A stretch of 64,000 nucleotides of DNA from assembly GCA_965112735.1 (NCBI GenBank), contig OZ218959.1, forward strand, positions 186,001 to 250,000. Direction: 5' to 3'. This document shows positions 12,101 through 26,100 of this stretch, in pieces (position 1 is the stretch's first letter; every line of letters begins with the position of its first letter). This DNA is from Phaeosaccion multiseriatum (lineage: Eukaryota; Protista; Ochrophyta, other classes). A program made the position numbers and the translations under genes. The notes under the pieces were generated by a model. The model was not told where the DNA came from. It was given only the letters and a program-made list of their open reading frames with translations, and searched no databases.

Positions 12101-15100
12101 CTGCCTCTGCCTCTGTGGAGCTTGCCTCTGCCTCTGTGGAGCTTGGCTCTGCCTCCCCCCCGGGGTTCGATCCGTGTGTAACGCACCCCGCGGCCTTCCT
12201 CGTCGAGGGCCTCGCGCCCAGGTGCGGACGGCAATGCACTCACAAATGGCTTTGTTGGCAACAAGTGGAGCTGCTGGCTTTGCAGATGGCACTGAATGGC
12301 ACCGATGACTCATAGCTGGCACTAAGGGGTTTACACAGTGTCTCACTCACTAACTCACTCACTCACTCACTCACTCATGCCCTCTTTGCCGCCCTTCTTG
12401 CCGTGTTGGTGCTCCGCTTCAGGGGCTCCACCGCCGCCAGCGCCGTCTTCCCCGAGCTCGAGCCGGACAGGCATATGGGATCCCGAACCCCTGCCGGTGG
12501 CTTTGCCTCTCCCTCAGCCTCCGCCCTGTCGTTCCCCTTCTCCTCCTCCTTCCCCCTCCCCGCCCCGCCCGCCCCGAGTGATCCTTTGGACGTGTTGCTG
12601 GGCGTCGCCAACCCCCCGGGCGGCGCGGAGTGGCTGAGCAGCGGTGGCGGCGGCGGCGGCACAGGGGCGGGGGGGGGAGGGAGCAACATGAACAGCTGTG
12701 TCATCGCACAGAGCCTGCAGGAGGTGAGGATGGCAGTGGATGGGGGTGGATGAGAGACGACCGCCAGCTTTCGCTTTCTCTGTCTGTCTCTGTCTCTGTC
12801 CCTCTGTGTCTCTGTCCCTCTGTCTCTGTCTCTGTCTCTGTCCTCCAACCACATAATACATGCCCCCATTTGCCTGCCCATACGCCTGCCCATCTGCACT
12901 CACCCTATTGCCTGTCTATATGACTCTATCCACAGCTGGGCGGGCTGGACCCCGTGCGTGTCAAGGCTCAAGGCTGCCTCATCGCCGCCTCGCAGCGCGT
13001 GCCCCTCCTCCACCTGGAGGGTTTGACGTTACAGAAAGGCCAGTCTGTGGGGCACTCCTTCAAAGTGGGGCCCTACACACCTGCACACAAGGCCGAGGGG
13101 GAGGGGGAGGAAGAGGGGGCGGAGGGGGAGGAGGGGGAGGGGGCGGAGGGGGGGGTGGGTAAGGCCAGTAGGAGAGGGGGGACGAACATGGACAAGGAGC
13201 GGGCAGGTGCGTGCGTGCGTGTGTGTGTGCGTGTGTGGGAGTGGGGAGTGGGGGGGGGAGGGGAGGGAAGGGGAGGGGAGGGGAGGGGAGGGGAGGGGGA
13301 AAAGGGAGGGGAGGGGAGGGGAGGGGAGGGGAGGGGAGGGGAGGGGAGCGAGGTGGGCAGGTAGGGAAGGAGTTCGGGAGGGAGGGCAGGGGAGAGGGAA
13401 GGAGAGGAGGAAGGGAGGGAAGGAGAGAGGGAAGGAGAGGAGGCAGGTGGCCGGTCAGAATGAGGTCGAAGCTGTGCAGAGGGAGGCTGAGGGGCGGTGC
13501 GGTACAGTGCCGTTCGCTAAGCAACACTAACGAAACCGTCGCCCGTCCTCCCACCCCCCCTGGGCCCCAGCAGGCAAGGTCATAGTCGGACTGGTGCTGA
13601 CTGTGACCTTTCAAGGCACCTTCCAACCCGAGGGATATCGCCTCGGTAGGCTCGCTGCAAACCTCTACCGAATGCCCCCGCCACTGCCCACGGAACAACC
13701 GCAACAACAGCAGCAAGAAGCTTCTTCTTCTTCCTCTTATTCTGCGTCTTCTTCTTCTTCTTCTTCTTCCGCGGAACAGCAACGAAAACAAAAACAACGG
13801 CAAGACCCTCCTTCTGCTTTCCCCGGGTCTAGCGCTGGTTCTGCCCCCCCCCCGCTCTCGGCCGCCGCCACTCCTCCATCCTCGGACCTCCGGGACCCGC
13901 AAGCCGTGGGCTTCGCTCCACACGCTCTTCAGTCGCTGAACACGCCATCGAGCCTGGGGCGCATCATGGTGTTTCATGAGCCCCTTGTGCAGCCCATCAG
14001 GGAGGGCACCTTCCAGGCAAGTCCGTGATGGAGAAGTCATAAGTCAATGATGGATGAATTATGTGTCAATGATGATAAGGAAAGGCACCTTCCGACCGGG
14101 TCAGGAGCTGTTGATCATCAGTGGTAGTTATGAGGTGCAGGCACCAATAGGGGCAACCTCTCTCTCCCCCTCTCTCTCCCTCTCTCTTTCGTTCTCTGTC
14201 TCTTCTCTGCCTGTTTCTCTCTCATTTTCTCTCTCTTTGTATCTCTCCGTTCCTTCGTCCTGCTCCCTCTCTCTATCCCTCCCTCTCATCCTCTCTCCTC
14301 CCCTCTCCCTTTCCCTCACCCTCTCTCTTTCTTTCTGCCTCTCCCTCCCTCCCTCCCCTCCCCTCCCCCCCTCCCTGTATCACCAACACCAACACCAACA
14401 CAATCACAGGTGGTGATCGGCGCAGCCAGCGAAGTACGCTACACGGTCTCCGTGGCTGGGGTGGAGGCCGTCGACGCAGAGATGGTCCTTGACGCAGCCC
14501 TGCAGACGGCGCTGGCCGAACAGCACGAGCAAGCAGCCATTCTCGAGGAAGCCAAAGAGGTCCGAGACACGCTGCGACTCTCCAGGTGGAAGCAAAGGGT
14601 CCTCAAGACTCTACTCGATGAGGTTAGTGTGTGTGTGTATGTGTGTGTGTGTGTATGTGTGGAAGCAAAGGGTCCTCAAGACTCTGCTGGATGAGCTTAG
14701 TGTGTGTGTGTGCGTGTGTGTGTGTGGATGGTTGGGTGGATGTGTGCGTGCATGTATGTGTGTGTGTGTGCGTGTATGCGTGTGGGGGGGGGGGGAGCTG
14801 TAGCTACACCACTCGTATCACCACGAAGGCTCTACTCGTTGCGGGAAGAGTAGTGCCTCCGAGGCATGGCTGACTACCTGACCGAGTGCCTGACCGATGG
14901 CTGACTGGCTGACTGATGGACCGAGTGCCTGCGTCATTGACTGACCAACTCACTGACCAAGTCGCTGCCTCACCGCTCCACAACGCCTTCCCCCTCTGCT
15001 GCCATCTCCCCTCTCCCCTCTGCTTCCCTCTGCCCCCTACCCTCTGCTGCCACCCGCCCGTTCCGACCCTCTGATCGCTCCATTCCCTGCTCTGCCCTGC

Positions 15101-18100
15101 CCTCCCCGTATGCCTCTAAATCCCCTCCCCATATGCCTCTAAATCCCCTCCCCTACTTGGCGTCAGGCCCAGCGCGAGGCGCAGCGCACAGAAGACGACC
15201 TTGCAGAAGCCAACTGTGAGTTCGAGGCGGATGAGGAGGACCCGCACTTGTCCCTTGCGCAGAAGCAAGAGCTCGTGGACGAAATCAACGCGCTGCACAG
15301 AGAGTTCGGGGCATGGAAGGCCGTCTTCGTCAGCCGCACTAAGGTGGGGGGGTGGGAGTAAGTCAGTGGGTGGGAGTAAGTCAGTGGGTGGGAATAAGTC
15401 ATCCGTATCTGGTGTGTGCACTTCGCTTATAAGACCTCATCTGTCCATCCAAAGGTCGATGTCCAATGTCGAATGCCTCAACATTCCCATGTCGGATTTC
15501 TGGTGTCGTGTCGGGTCCACTTGTTCTTCACAACGCTCACTCGAAGCCCGCCCCCCCCTCCCCCCTCCTCCTCCTCCTCCTCCTCCTCCTCTCCCTCCTC
15601 CGTACAACCAACTGCTCCACTTACCACACACAGGAGTGGACCGACGTATGCGCCGGGAAGGAGGTTCTGTCGTCCACCCTTGCTTCGCTCTCCGCTCGCG
15701 ACGCCTCCCTTAGTGCGGACTTGGCCCTCCTGCGTCGCACCTTACCCTCTGCCGTGTTCGTCCTCAAGAACTCCATACAGGCAAGTTGCTGTTGATGTTG
15801 CAATTGCAGTTGCAGTTGGATTGCGGTCGTACTTCGTAGTCATTTGCACTCCACGATGTTAGGCCCTACTCAAATCCACGCCTGGGCAGGCGCCAGGGCA
15901 GGCATCCAACTCATTTCATTCATCCACTGCCATGTCCGTGTTCATCCCCATCCACTGCCATCTCCATGTTCATCCCCATCCACTGCCATCTCCATGTTCA
16001 TCCCCATCCACTGCCTCCCCCCCCCCCTCCCAGGCAACGGACATCGCTCTGCAGCTCAACGCGCACATCGACCCGTTTGCAGGGGACCAGGCCCGGTAAG
16101 TAAGCATAAGTAGGCATACTTACGTAATGTCTACCTCTAACATCGATATCTCATATTGACGTGGTCCATATTTAGTGCCGATGTCACGGAACGATGTAGA
16201 GCCTAAGCATTGCTCCTTGCCAGGCCCGTTTCATCCTTTCTTTGTATTGTTATCCTCGTCCCCTCCTGTATTACCAACTGCTGCAGATGGGCGGCGGCGG
16301 ACATTATTCGTGAGCGCTCCTCTGTGGTGCTTTCCCCTGCAGAGCAAGGTTAGTGGAACTGTCTGAGTGAGTGAGTGAGTGAGTGAGTGAGTGAGTGAGT
16401 GAGTGAGTGAGTGAGTGAGTGAGTGAGTGAGTGAGTGAGTGAGTGAGTGAGTGAGTGAGTGAGTGAGTGAGTGAGTGAGTGAGTGAGTGAGTGAGTGAGT
16501 GAGTGTGTGATTGAGTGAGTTAGTGAGTGAGTTAGTGAGTGCGTATGTGCGTATGTGCGTGTGTGTGTGTGTGCGTGTGCGTGTGCGTATGCGTGTGTGT
16601 GCGCGCATGTGTGTGCGTGTGCGTATCACTTCATCCCGTGTGTGGCACCCCATCCCATTCCCTCTCTCTCTTCTCCTTCTCCCTCTCTCCCTCCCCTCTC
16701 TCCCCCTCTGTCCCTCTGTCCCTCTCTCTCTCTCTCTCTCTGTGTGTCTCTTTATCTTTCTCTCTCTGTCTCTCTCTCTCCCTCTCTCCCTGTCTCTCTC
16801 CCTCTGTGTGTATGTGCGTATGCCTGTCCATGTCTGCCTTGTCTGAATATGAATCTGTGTGCGTGACTGCCCCCACCTGCCCCCCTTCCTCTTCCTCGGA
16901 CAGTTCGGCGATCGTTCCGGGAGGACGGATGGGAGTCTCTCGACGACGAGGCAAAGCGCTTCTCCATGCTCGACAGGTCCGTTCACAGATGGCAGCACAT
17001 GGCAGCACATGGCAACAGATGGCACGGAATGGCCGGAGAGAGAGGGGGGGGGAGTTGCACTGCCTCGTTGATACTTCATCTGTCTCCGATGAATTGAGCC
17101 CGCCCCCGCGCGATGTTCATACCGCCCCCCTATACACCTTATCCTGCTCTGCCCTGTATCACCAACTGCCCTGTCCAGCATCTGAACCGGACTCAGACTG
17201 CCTCTCACGTCTCACATGCGCGCATGACCCCATCCCGTCCGTCCATCCATACGCCTCGACTCCCTCACTCACCCAACCACTCACTCACTCACTCACTCAC
17301 TCACTCGTTCACCCACCAACCCACATACTTACTTCCTCTCACTCACTCACCCATTCACTCACCCAACCACTTACTCACTCACCCACTCCCTCCCGCACTC
17401 ACTCACCCCCTCACTCACTCACTCACTCACCCACTTTCTCCCTCCCTCACTTCCTCACTCACCCATCCACCCACTCACCCATCTACTCACTCCCTCCCTC
17501 TCTCCCTCGCTCACTCACCCACCCTCTCACTCGCCTGCTCACTCCCTCCCTCCCAACCTCACTCACTCACTCACTCACTCACTCTCTCCCTCTCATACTC
17601 ACTCACTCACTCCCTCCCTCCCAACCTCACTCCCTCACTCACTCCCTCCCTCTCATACTCACTCACTCACTCCCTCCCTCACTCCCTCACTCACTCACTC
17701 ACTCACTCACCCACTCCCTCCCTCACTCACTCACTAACTCACTCCCTCACTCCCTCACTCACTCTCTCACTCACTCACTCACTCACCCACTCCCTCCCTC
17801 ACTCACTCACCCACCCACCCACTCCCTCCCCCACTCACTCACTCACGCACTCATTCCCCCACTCACTCACTCACTCACCCACCCACCCACTCCCTCCCTG
17901 CCTCCGTCCCTCACTCACTCACTCAGAGTGCTTCACCCGGAGTGCTACTTGTGGTTGACAGAGGCGCTGCAAAAGCTTAAGGGGGGGGAGGAGGGGGGGG
18001 GGAAAGCGACGACGAGAAAGGACAGTCTTGTCGACTTAATCGGAGAAGACAAGACAAAGAGCGCCAATGTGGGGAAGAGCCTGGAAGGAGCCAAGACGAA

Positions 18101-19801
18101 GAAGGGGTGGGGTGACAAGGCGAGACAAGTGGCGCTTGGCAGGAAGGGTACAGACCAAGAGAAGGGGGCGGCGGGAGGAGCTAAGGACAAAGGGAAGGGA
18201 GGCGAGGAGGGGGACGAGGAGGAGACAAACCCCTGGGTCATCGAGGCGTGGAGGTTTGATAAGGTGAGTGAGCGATGGGAGGTGGGGTGGGGGGTGAATG
18301 TCGAATATGAATGTTGAAAGCCAAAGTCGATCGAATCAATTTCGACATGGACATCGGTATCGACTCTCTCTCTCTCCCTCTCTCGCCACCTCTTTCTCTC
18401 CAACTCTGCCTCCCTCTCTCCATCAACATAACCCATACTCCTGTATGTGACCCCCCCCCCTCCCTCCCTCCCTACAGCTGGAGCTGGAACGCATCCGCTC
18501 TACCCCGTATGTCCGCCTGACGGGGGTGGAGGTGTCTGTGCGCAAGCTCCTTGCAAAGTTCTCCAAAGATGACCCCCTCGGGGAGGACCAATGGGGCAAG
18601 GAGTGGAAATTCGATGCAGGAGCACGGGTCAGAGCCAAAGCACCCCAGACAAGGTGAGGGAGGGAGGGAGGGAGGGAGGGAGGGAGGGAGAGAGGGAGGG
18701 AGGGAGGGAGGGAGGGAGGGAGGGAGGGAGGGAGGGAGGGAGGGAGGGAGGGAGGGAGGGAGGGAGGGAGGGAGGGAGGGAGGGAGGGAGGGAGGGAGGG
18801 AGGGAGGGAGGGAGGGAGGGAGGGAGGGAGGGAGGGAGGGAGGGAGGGAGGGAGGGAGGGAGGGAGGGAGGGAGGGAGGGAGGGAGGGAGGGAGGGAGGG
18901 AGGGAGGGAGGGAGGGAGGGAAGAGAGGGAGGGAGGGAGGGGGTGGGTGGGTGCATGGGTGAGAGTGTGAGTGGATGAGAGTGTGTGTGGATGAGAGTGG
19001 ATGAGTGGATGAGTGGGTGAGTGGTACCCCCCACCGCCCCCCTTGGCCTTGCTGCTTGCCGTGGATGCACGGCCTAACACCCTAACGCACCCCTCCCCTC
19101 TCAATGGCGGGTGTCAGGACGGTGGAGGAGGTGGACTGGTGCTCGGTGGATGCTGTGCTGTATGCGGAGTATTGGAGGAACAAGAGCAAGGAGGAGACGC
19201 GTCTCAGGCAATTCGAACACACCAACCGAAGTGAGTTGCGCGGAGGGGATGGCAATGGATGGGGGCTGCAGGGATGGCAGTGAAATGGTTGCTGGAGCAC
19301 ACAGGCACATGGGTAGGCGGACATGACCATCTAACAACAGCATCTGTCTCTCTCTCTCTTTGTCTCTCTCACACACACTCCCCAGCGGAGCAATCCTCTA
19401 GACAATCATACGACGACAGCAGCAGCGACGAAGGCTCTCAGGCCCCCTTCTTCGATTCAGAGGAGGAGGACAAAGAAGGCAGTCCCTTGGGCCTGAGTCA
19501 CTCGGGCAAGGCCGGTTTGAGTGCAGGTTCGGTGGGCAAGAGGAGAGGAGGTGGTAGGCGTGCGTGGAAATGCCCCTACGACAAGACTCGTCTCCTGGAG
19601 GTGTGGGCCATGTGAGTGCCAGTTAGTCTGCCAGTTAGAGTGCTAGCTTGTTGAGTATGGGGGGGGGCGGCAGTGGAGGTGCAGGGTCCAGTCGGCGTGC
19701 TGCCTGACTGACTGACTGAGAGACTGCCTGACCGACTGCCGGACTGACTGACTGGCTGACTGACTGACTGACTGACTGACAAACTGACAGACTTACTGAC
19801 A

Positions 19802-19833
<32 letters not shown>

Positions 19834-19877
19834 GACTGACTAACTGACTGACTGACTGACTGACTGACTGACAAACT

Positions 19878-19912
<35 letters not shown>

Positions 19913-20077
19913 AGACTGACTGACTGACAGACAGCTTGCTTGACTGACTGACTGACTGACTGACTGACAGACTGCCTGACTGACTGACAGACTGACTCAC
20001 TGACTGACTGACTGACTGACTGACAGACTGGCTGACTGACTGACTGACTGACTGACTGACAAACTCACTGACTGAGT

Positions 20078-20152
<75 letters not shown>

Positions 20153-23100
20153 TGACTGACTGACTGACTGACTGACTGACTGACTGACTGACTGACTGAC
20201 TGCCCCTCTGCCTAGCAATGTCTGCCCCACTCGTTGGCAGCGAAGGACAGGACTTCATCGCTGTGACTTCATCGCTGTGACTTGATCGTGGTCTGTGACT
20301 TGATCGTGGTCTGTGACTTGATCGTGGTCTGTGACTTGATCGTGGTCTGCGGCGCTATTCGCTCATCGGGTAGCGCTCATTGACTTCCTCTCTGCCCATC
20401 GCCCACTCACTGTCCTGTCACCCACCCACTGTCCTGACGCCCACTTCTGTCCTGACACCCACTCTCTGTCCTGACACCTCCCCCCGTGCCCGCTCTCTGC
20501 TGCTCCCTTCTCGCCCTGCGCACAGGTCGCGAGAGGAAGTAGAGGGGCCAAAAGGGGGCAAAGGAGCAGCCAAGAGCAGCCAGAGCAAGAGCAAGAAGAA
20601 GAAGAAGGGCCGCACCTACACCCGTGCAGTGACCCCTGAGCTGCGCTACACGTGGCGGCTTCTGCACAAGTACAATGGGCAGGTAGGCTGGACACATTAG
20701 AGGCATATGGGGGTAGGCTGGACATATTAGAGGCATATGGGGGTAGACTGGACACATTACAGGCATATGGGGGTAGGCTGGACACATTAGAGGCATATTG
20801 GGGTAGGCGGGGACACGTTAGAGGCATATTGGGGTAGGCTGGACACATAAGAGGCATATGGGGGTAGGTTGGACACATTAGAGGCATATGGGGGTAGGCG
20901 GGACACATTAGAGGCATATGTGGAATGGATGAGAAGCACGCGGGGGCGTTAGAATCACATGGGGCAGAGTCTTGCTCAGCCTCCCTCCCCCTATGTCTCT
21001 AACTGCCTCCCCCTATGTCTCTATCTGCCTCTCTCTCTGTATGCCTCTAACTACCCCTCTCAGTACTCCGACTACGTCACCCAGGAACGCCTCCTCCGTC
21101 TGCGCAGAGAGGGGAGAGAGGCAGCCGCCGCCCTCACGTTGTCCACCTCCACACGCATTGCCAGAGGCGTCCGAGAGAACCTCAACGGTAAGAGGAATTT
21201 AGAGGCATATGGAGAGGGAAGATACCCATGTTAGAGGAGTGTGGGGATGTCTTCCATTGATTCCATTCTTCCTTCTTTTTACCTTCCTTCCTTCCTTCCC
21301 TCCCTCCCTCCTTCCTTCCTTCCTTCCTTCCTTCCTTCCTTCCTACTTACCCTTCCATTTCTTCCTGCCACCCTCTTGTCCCCCCCCCCCTCAGGTGCCT
21401 TCAAAGCCACTGCCAATGTGGATACGCGAGTGCGTTCTCTCATGAAGGAACTCACTCTCGCCACCCAGACACGCAAGAAGTACATGGACAGCCATGCACT
21501 GCACCACATACCACAGAGGTTCCAGGTTAAGGTGAGGGAGGGAGGGAGGGAGGGAGGGAGGGAGGGAGGGAGGGAGGGAGGGAGGGAGGGAGGGAGGGAG
21601 GGAGGGAGGGAGGGAGTCAGTCATTCATTCAGTCAGTCAGTCAGTCAGTCAGTCAGTCAGTCAATCAGTCAGTCCGTCAATCAGTCAGTCAGTCAGTCAG
21701 TCAGTCAGTCAGTCAGTCTCTCCAAAGGCAAAGGCAACCTTTAATAGTGTCTTTGGTCAAGGTATAGCATTCTGTCTCGAGCTCTTTACTCGATCCTCCC
21801 CTCTCTCCTCTCTCTCCTCTTTCTCCTCTTTCCTCTCTCCTCTCTCCTCTCTCCTCTCTCTCCCGTCCTCTCCGCCCCCTCTCCTTCCTTCCTTCCTCCT
21901 CCTCTCCTCTCAGCCACCTCCCCCCTCCCCTCTCTCTCTCTGCCTACCCATATACCTCTCCCCTAATACCCATACGCCTGCCCCTCTGCCCCTCCTCCTC
22001 TTAGCGCTATCGTGCGGAGCTCGAAGAGGCCATCACTACTCTGCTCAGGGAACAAGTCTTCGAGCGAGAGAGGGCCATAGAGTTCAACCTCAAGGCAGGG
22101 GGCGAGGAGGACGGAAAGGACGCGCAGTTTGAGGACATTAGCGACAGCTCCGACGACGGCGGAGGGGGGCCCACTGCCGCGGAGAGGGCAGTCAGTGAGA
22201 TGCAGAGTAAGGCCAAGGGGGGGCAGTTGGTGATTCAGCAGCAGTCGCAGGGGCAGCAGGGAGGGCAGCAAGGAGGTGAGGCGGACGCAAAGAGGGGTGG
22301 TACAGGTGGACACGGAAACCGTAAAGGCATACGGGCAAGAGCAGGTGCAGGCCCCTCCCTCCTCCACTTCCCTCACTTCCCCCCTCCCTTCTCCCTCCCT
22401 CCCCCGCAGGCGCATCAGCTCCTCCTCGTCCTCCCTCCTCCCCCCCCTCCTCCTCCAACACCAAGTCGAAGCGCTTCAAGAACAGAGCCGTAGTGCAGGC
22501 CGATAAAGCCCCCTCCCGAGAACACACAGGGGGAGTCCGTAGCACCATACCCTCCTCGCCATCTGTGAATGGCGGCGGCGCTTCCCGAGATGGGCGCGGC
22601 TCCCGAGGGGGCGGAGAGGTTTCCGTCAAGGAGATGCGTCGGCACGGGAGAGCCCCCCTGGGGTTCGCCAATTGGATGGCCAAGGGCGCTCTCCCCCGGG
22701 GGGGATCCGTCTCCAGGGGGGGGTCTTTCTCCCGGAGGGGCTCTGGCTCGCTCAATCAGGAGCCCGAGGAGACGGTGCTACTGTCGGATGCCAACATGGA
22801 CTGGCATGGGCTGCCATCTGTGGAGAGATTCACGAAGGAGGAGATCGACAAGGATCCCGAAGACTTTGCCGCCCAGGGGGGCTGCGGGGCGTGCAGATCG
22901 AGACCGTGCGAGTGGGCCTCCTGCGTTGAGGGAGGTGAGTAAGTCAGTGGATGGTACTAAGTCAGTGGGTGGATGGAGGCGTATCTCTGTCTTCCCTATC
23001 TCCTCTACTCTTATGCTTAGACAGCTCTCCCCCCCTCCTGCTCCTGTCTTCACACCTCCTGCTCCCCTCTCCCTCCTTCCCTCCTTCCCACACCTCTCCC

Positions 23101-26100
23101 CCCCCCCCCCTCCAGACGCCATTGCCTCCCGCCACGTGCAGCTTCAAGCGGAGATCGCCCGCCTTTTCCCCCTCCGCGCCTCTGGCAAAGTGCACACGGT
23201 GGTGACCATGAGCTCCATCAGGGGCGGAAAGGCGAGGGTGTGTCCGAGAGACGCACTGAGAGAGCTGAGGTGGGAGAGCATTGAGCTTGACAAGCACATT
23301 CACTTGGCGCAGGTGAGAGGCATATGGGCAGAGAGAGAGAAGGAGAAAGAGAGAGAGGGAGAGGGAGAGGGAGAGAGAGAGAGAGAGGCCCAACAAAACA
23401 CACAGGTAGAGAGAGAGAGAGAGAGAGAAAGAGGCGTGTGGACAGTAGACAGAGAGGAGTATATGGGCATATGGATCAGCGTAGTCACCTCCGCCAAAGT
23501 CGATGGCCATGTCGAGGCCCAAAGTCGATGTCCGTGTCGAGGCCCAAAGTCGAATGTCCATGTCGACGCCTAAAGTCGATGGCCATGTCGAGGCCCAAAG
23601 TCGATGTCCATGTCGAGGCCCAAAGTCGATGGTCATGTCGACGCCTGAAGTCGATGTCCATGTCGAGGCCCAAAGTCGATGTCCGTGTCGAGGTCCAAAC
23701 TCACCCCACCTTCTGCTGCCCTATACTCTCTGCCCTCTAACCTCTGCCTTCTGGCCTCTTTCATCTGCTGCCATCTGTGATGTCGCCATTTGTGACTGTA
23801 ACAGGTGGACAGGGAGTACCACGATGCCGTTGCCTCGACCTTTCCTGCTGTAGAGGCAAGTGTTTTCGTGTATGTGTGTGTGTGTGTCTATGTGTGCACG
23901 TGTGTGTGTCTGTGTGTGTGTACGTGTGTGTGTGTGTACGTGTGTGTGTCTGTGTGTGTACGTGTGTGTCTGTGTGTGTACGTGTGTGTGTCTGTCTGCG
24001 TGCGCGCGCCATCCCCATATGCCCGCATGCCCACCAGGCCCATATGACTGACTCTGTGCTGCACGGTGCCATCTGTGAACTGCCATCTGTGAAGTACAGG
24101 TGGTGACGATTCACACGTACCCCACGCTGATGTGGAAGGCCGACGCCGTGGACGCGCTGCACACCGAGAGGGAGGCCATCCTCGCCAGGGTAAGGCGTTG
24201 GTGATACACAGTGGCATGAGCATTGGTGATGATGCACACACAGTCCATAGGTATAGGCATTTGTCATACAGGCACTTCAGGCCTGGTAGGCAGGCAGTTG
24301 AGAGGCTGAGAGGCCTCGCCTCCCCTCCCCTTCCTGCCTTTACTTGACCTTGCCATCTGTGAAATGCCCTCTACTGCCATCCTCCCAGGTGCTGGCGACA
24401 GAGATCGTCGACGACCTGTTGGAGGACATGTTGGACAGTTGGGTCTTCGGGCAGAGGGTCTCCGAGTACCCCATCGCGGGTAAGCCCCCCTCCTTAAGCC
24501 TCCCCGAACCCCACCGCATCAGCCCCGATCAACCCCTCTTAACCCCCGTCGTTAACCCCGCCCATTTAGCTCCAGTTAACACCCCCTTACTCCTGTTGTC
24601 CCCACGTCATCAAACCCCCATGAAACCCCCTAGCACTAAGGCATCAACCCCTTGTTAACACCCCGTCAACCGTTAACCCCATTCCATCATCTTAACGCCT
24701 CAGCCCCTCCGTGAAGTCACCCCTTAACTTGACCGCATGACCCCTCCATAAACTTACATCTTCACATTAACGTGACCCGTATCCCTTCCGTTAAATCACC
24801 TTAACCCCCACCTCAATCAACTACCATTAACGTGACTCCTTAACCCCTCCGTTAACGCCCTTTATCTTGCAGGCCACGTGCCGTCGTTCAAGAAGGAGGG
24901 CAACGTGCGTCCCGGTGATCAGCGCCGCTCCGTAGTGTTCCTTGAGCACCGCTACCGCCTCAGACTCAAGGCAAAGGCGCTCGGGCAAGTGCTCGCGGAG
25001 GAGAGGAGGGGCACTCGCCAGGAGAAGGTGCGTTGGTTTTTTAAGGGGGGCAATCAGTCTCTCTGGCGGTCGGCTTAAGGGAGGCAGTCAGTCTGTCTGT
25101 CTGTCAGTCAGTCAGTCGGCTGGAAGGCTGGGGGGAGGGAGGGAAGAAAGAAACGAAGGAAGGAAGGAAGGAAGGAAGGAAGGAAGGAAGGAAGGAAGGA
25201 AGGAAGGAAGGAAAAAGAAGGAAAGACTCCTCGCCCTCTGCCCCATGCTTGTAGACTAACCCCCTCCTCCTCCCCGTCCACTGCCATCCCCTCCCCCTTC
25301 CATTGCCATCCCCTGCAGGCCGAGCCCATCGAGCGGGAGAGTCAGGCCCGCCTCGTAAAGGAGCGTGCCCAGACAAAGGCCGATGAGGCCAAACACCTCC
25401 TGGACGAGACAGAGACCACCATGCAGTTCGGCGTGCTGAGCATGGTGATGCAGTACCTGCATGCTCAGCAGAGCGTCAGGAGGGAAAGAAACTCCTGGTG
25501 AGTGGTGAGAGGGGAGGGGAGGGCAAGTGTGCTTCCGGAGCATAGGAAGGACGCCTTTCATCCAACCCTCTTCTTTGGTGAGCACTCCACTCACACAAGT
25601 GTGTATTGTGTGTGTGTGCGTGTATGCAGGCTGGGCGTGAACGATGCCCTGGACGGGGATGCACAGATGGCCCGCCTTCGTATGCCGAAGACGCAGGAGC
25701 GGAGGCGCATGGAGGAGGAGCAGCGGAGGGGGAGGGACCGACAGGCACTGCTGCAAAAGGCCATGGAGAGGGCCAGGAGGGCGGAGGTGAGTTTAGAGGG
25801 GGGTGGCAGTGGATGGGCCTGCGGGGATGGCAGTGGAGGGAGGAGGGGAGTAGCGGGGGTAGGAGGCTTTCTTGCTTTGCTTCCTTCGTCTGCTTTTCTC
25901 GCTTGTTTTGCTTCCTTTCGTCTTCTTGCTTGCTTGCTTGCTTGCTTGCCTCAATCGCTCACTCGGTCAGTCGGCTTGTTTCCCCTCCCTCTGGAGCTCT
26001 CTTCGCCCATAGGACTGCTTCTGCCTCTGAACCTGCCCCGTGTGCCCATCCCCCGTGTGTCATTCTCCACTCCATCAACTGCCATCTCCCCCTCCCCTCC

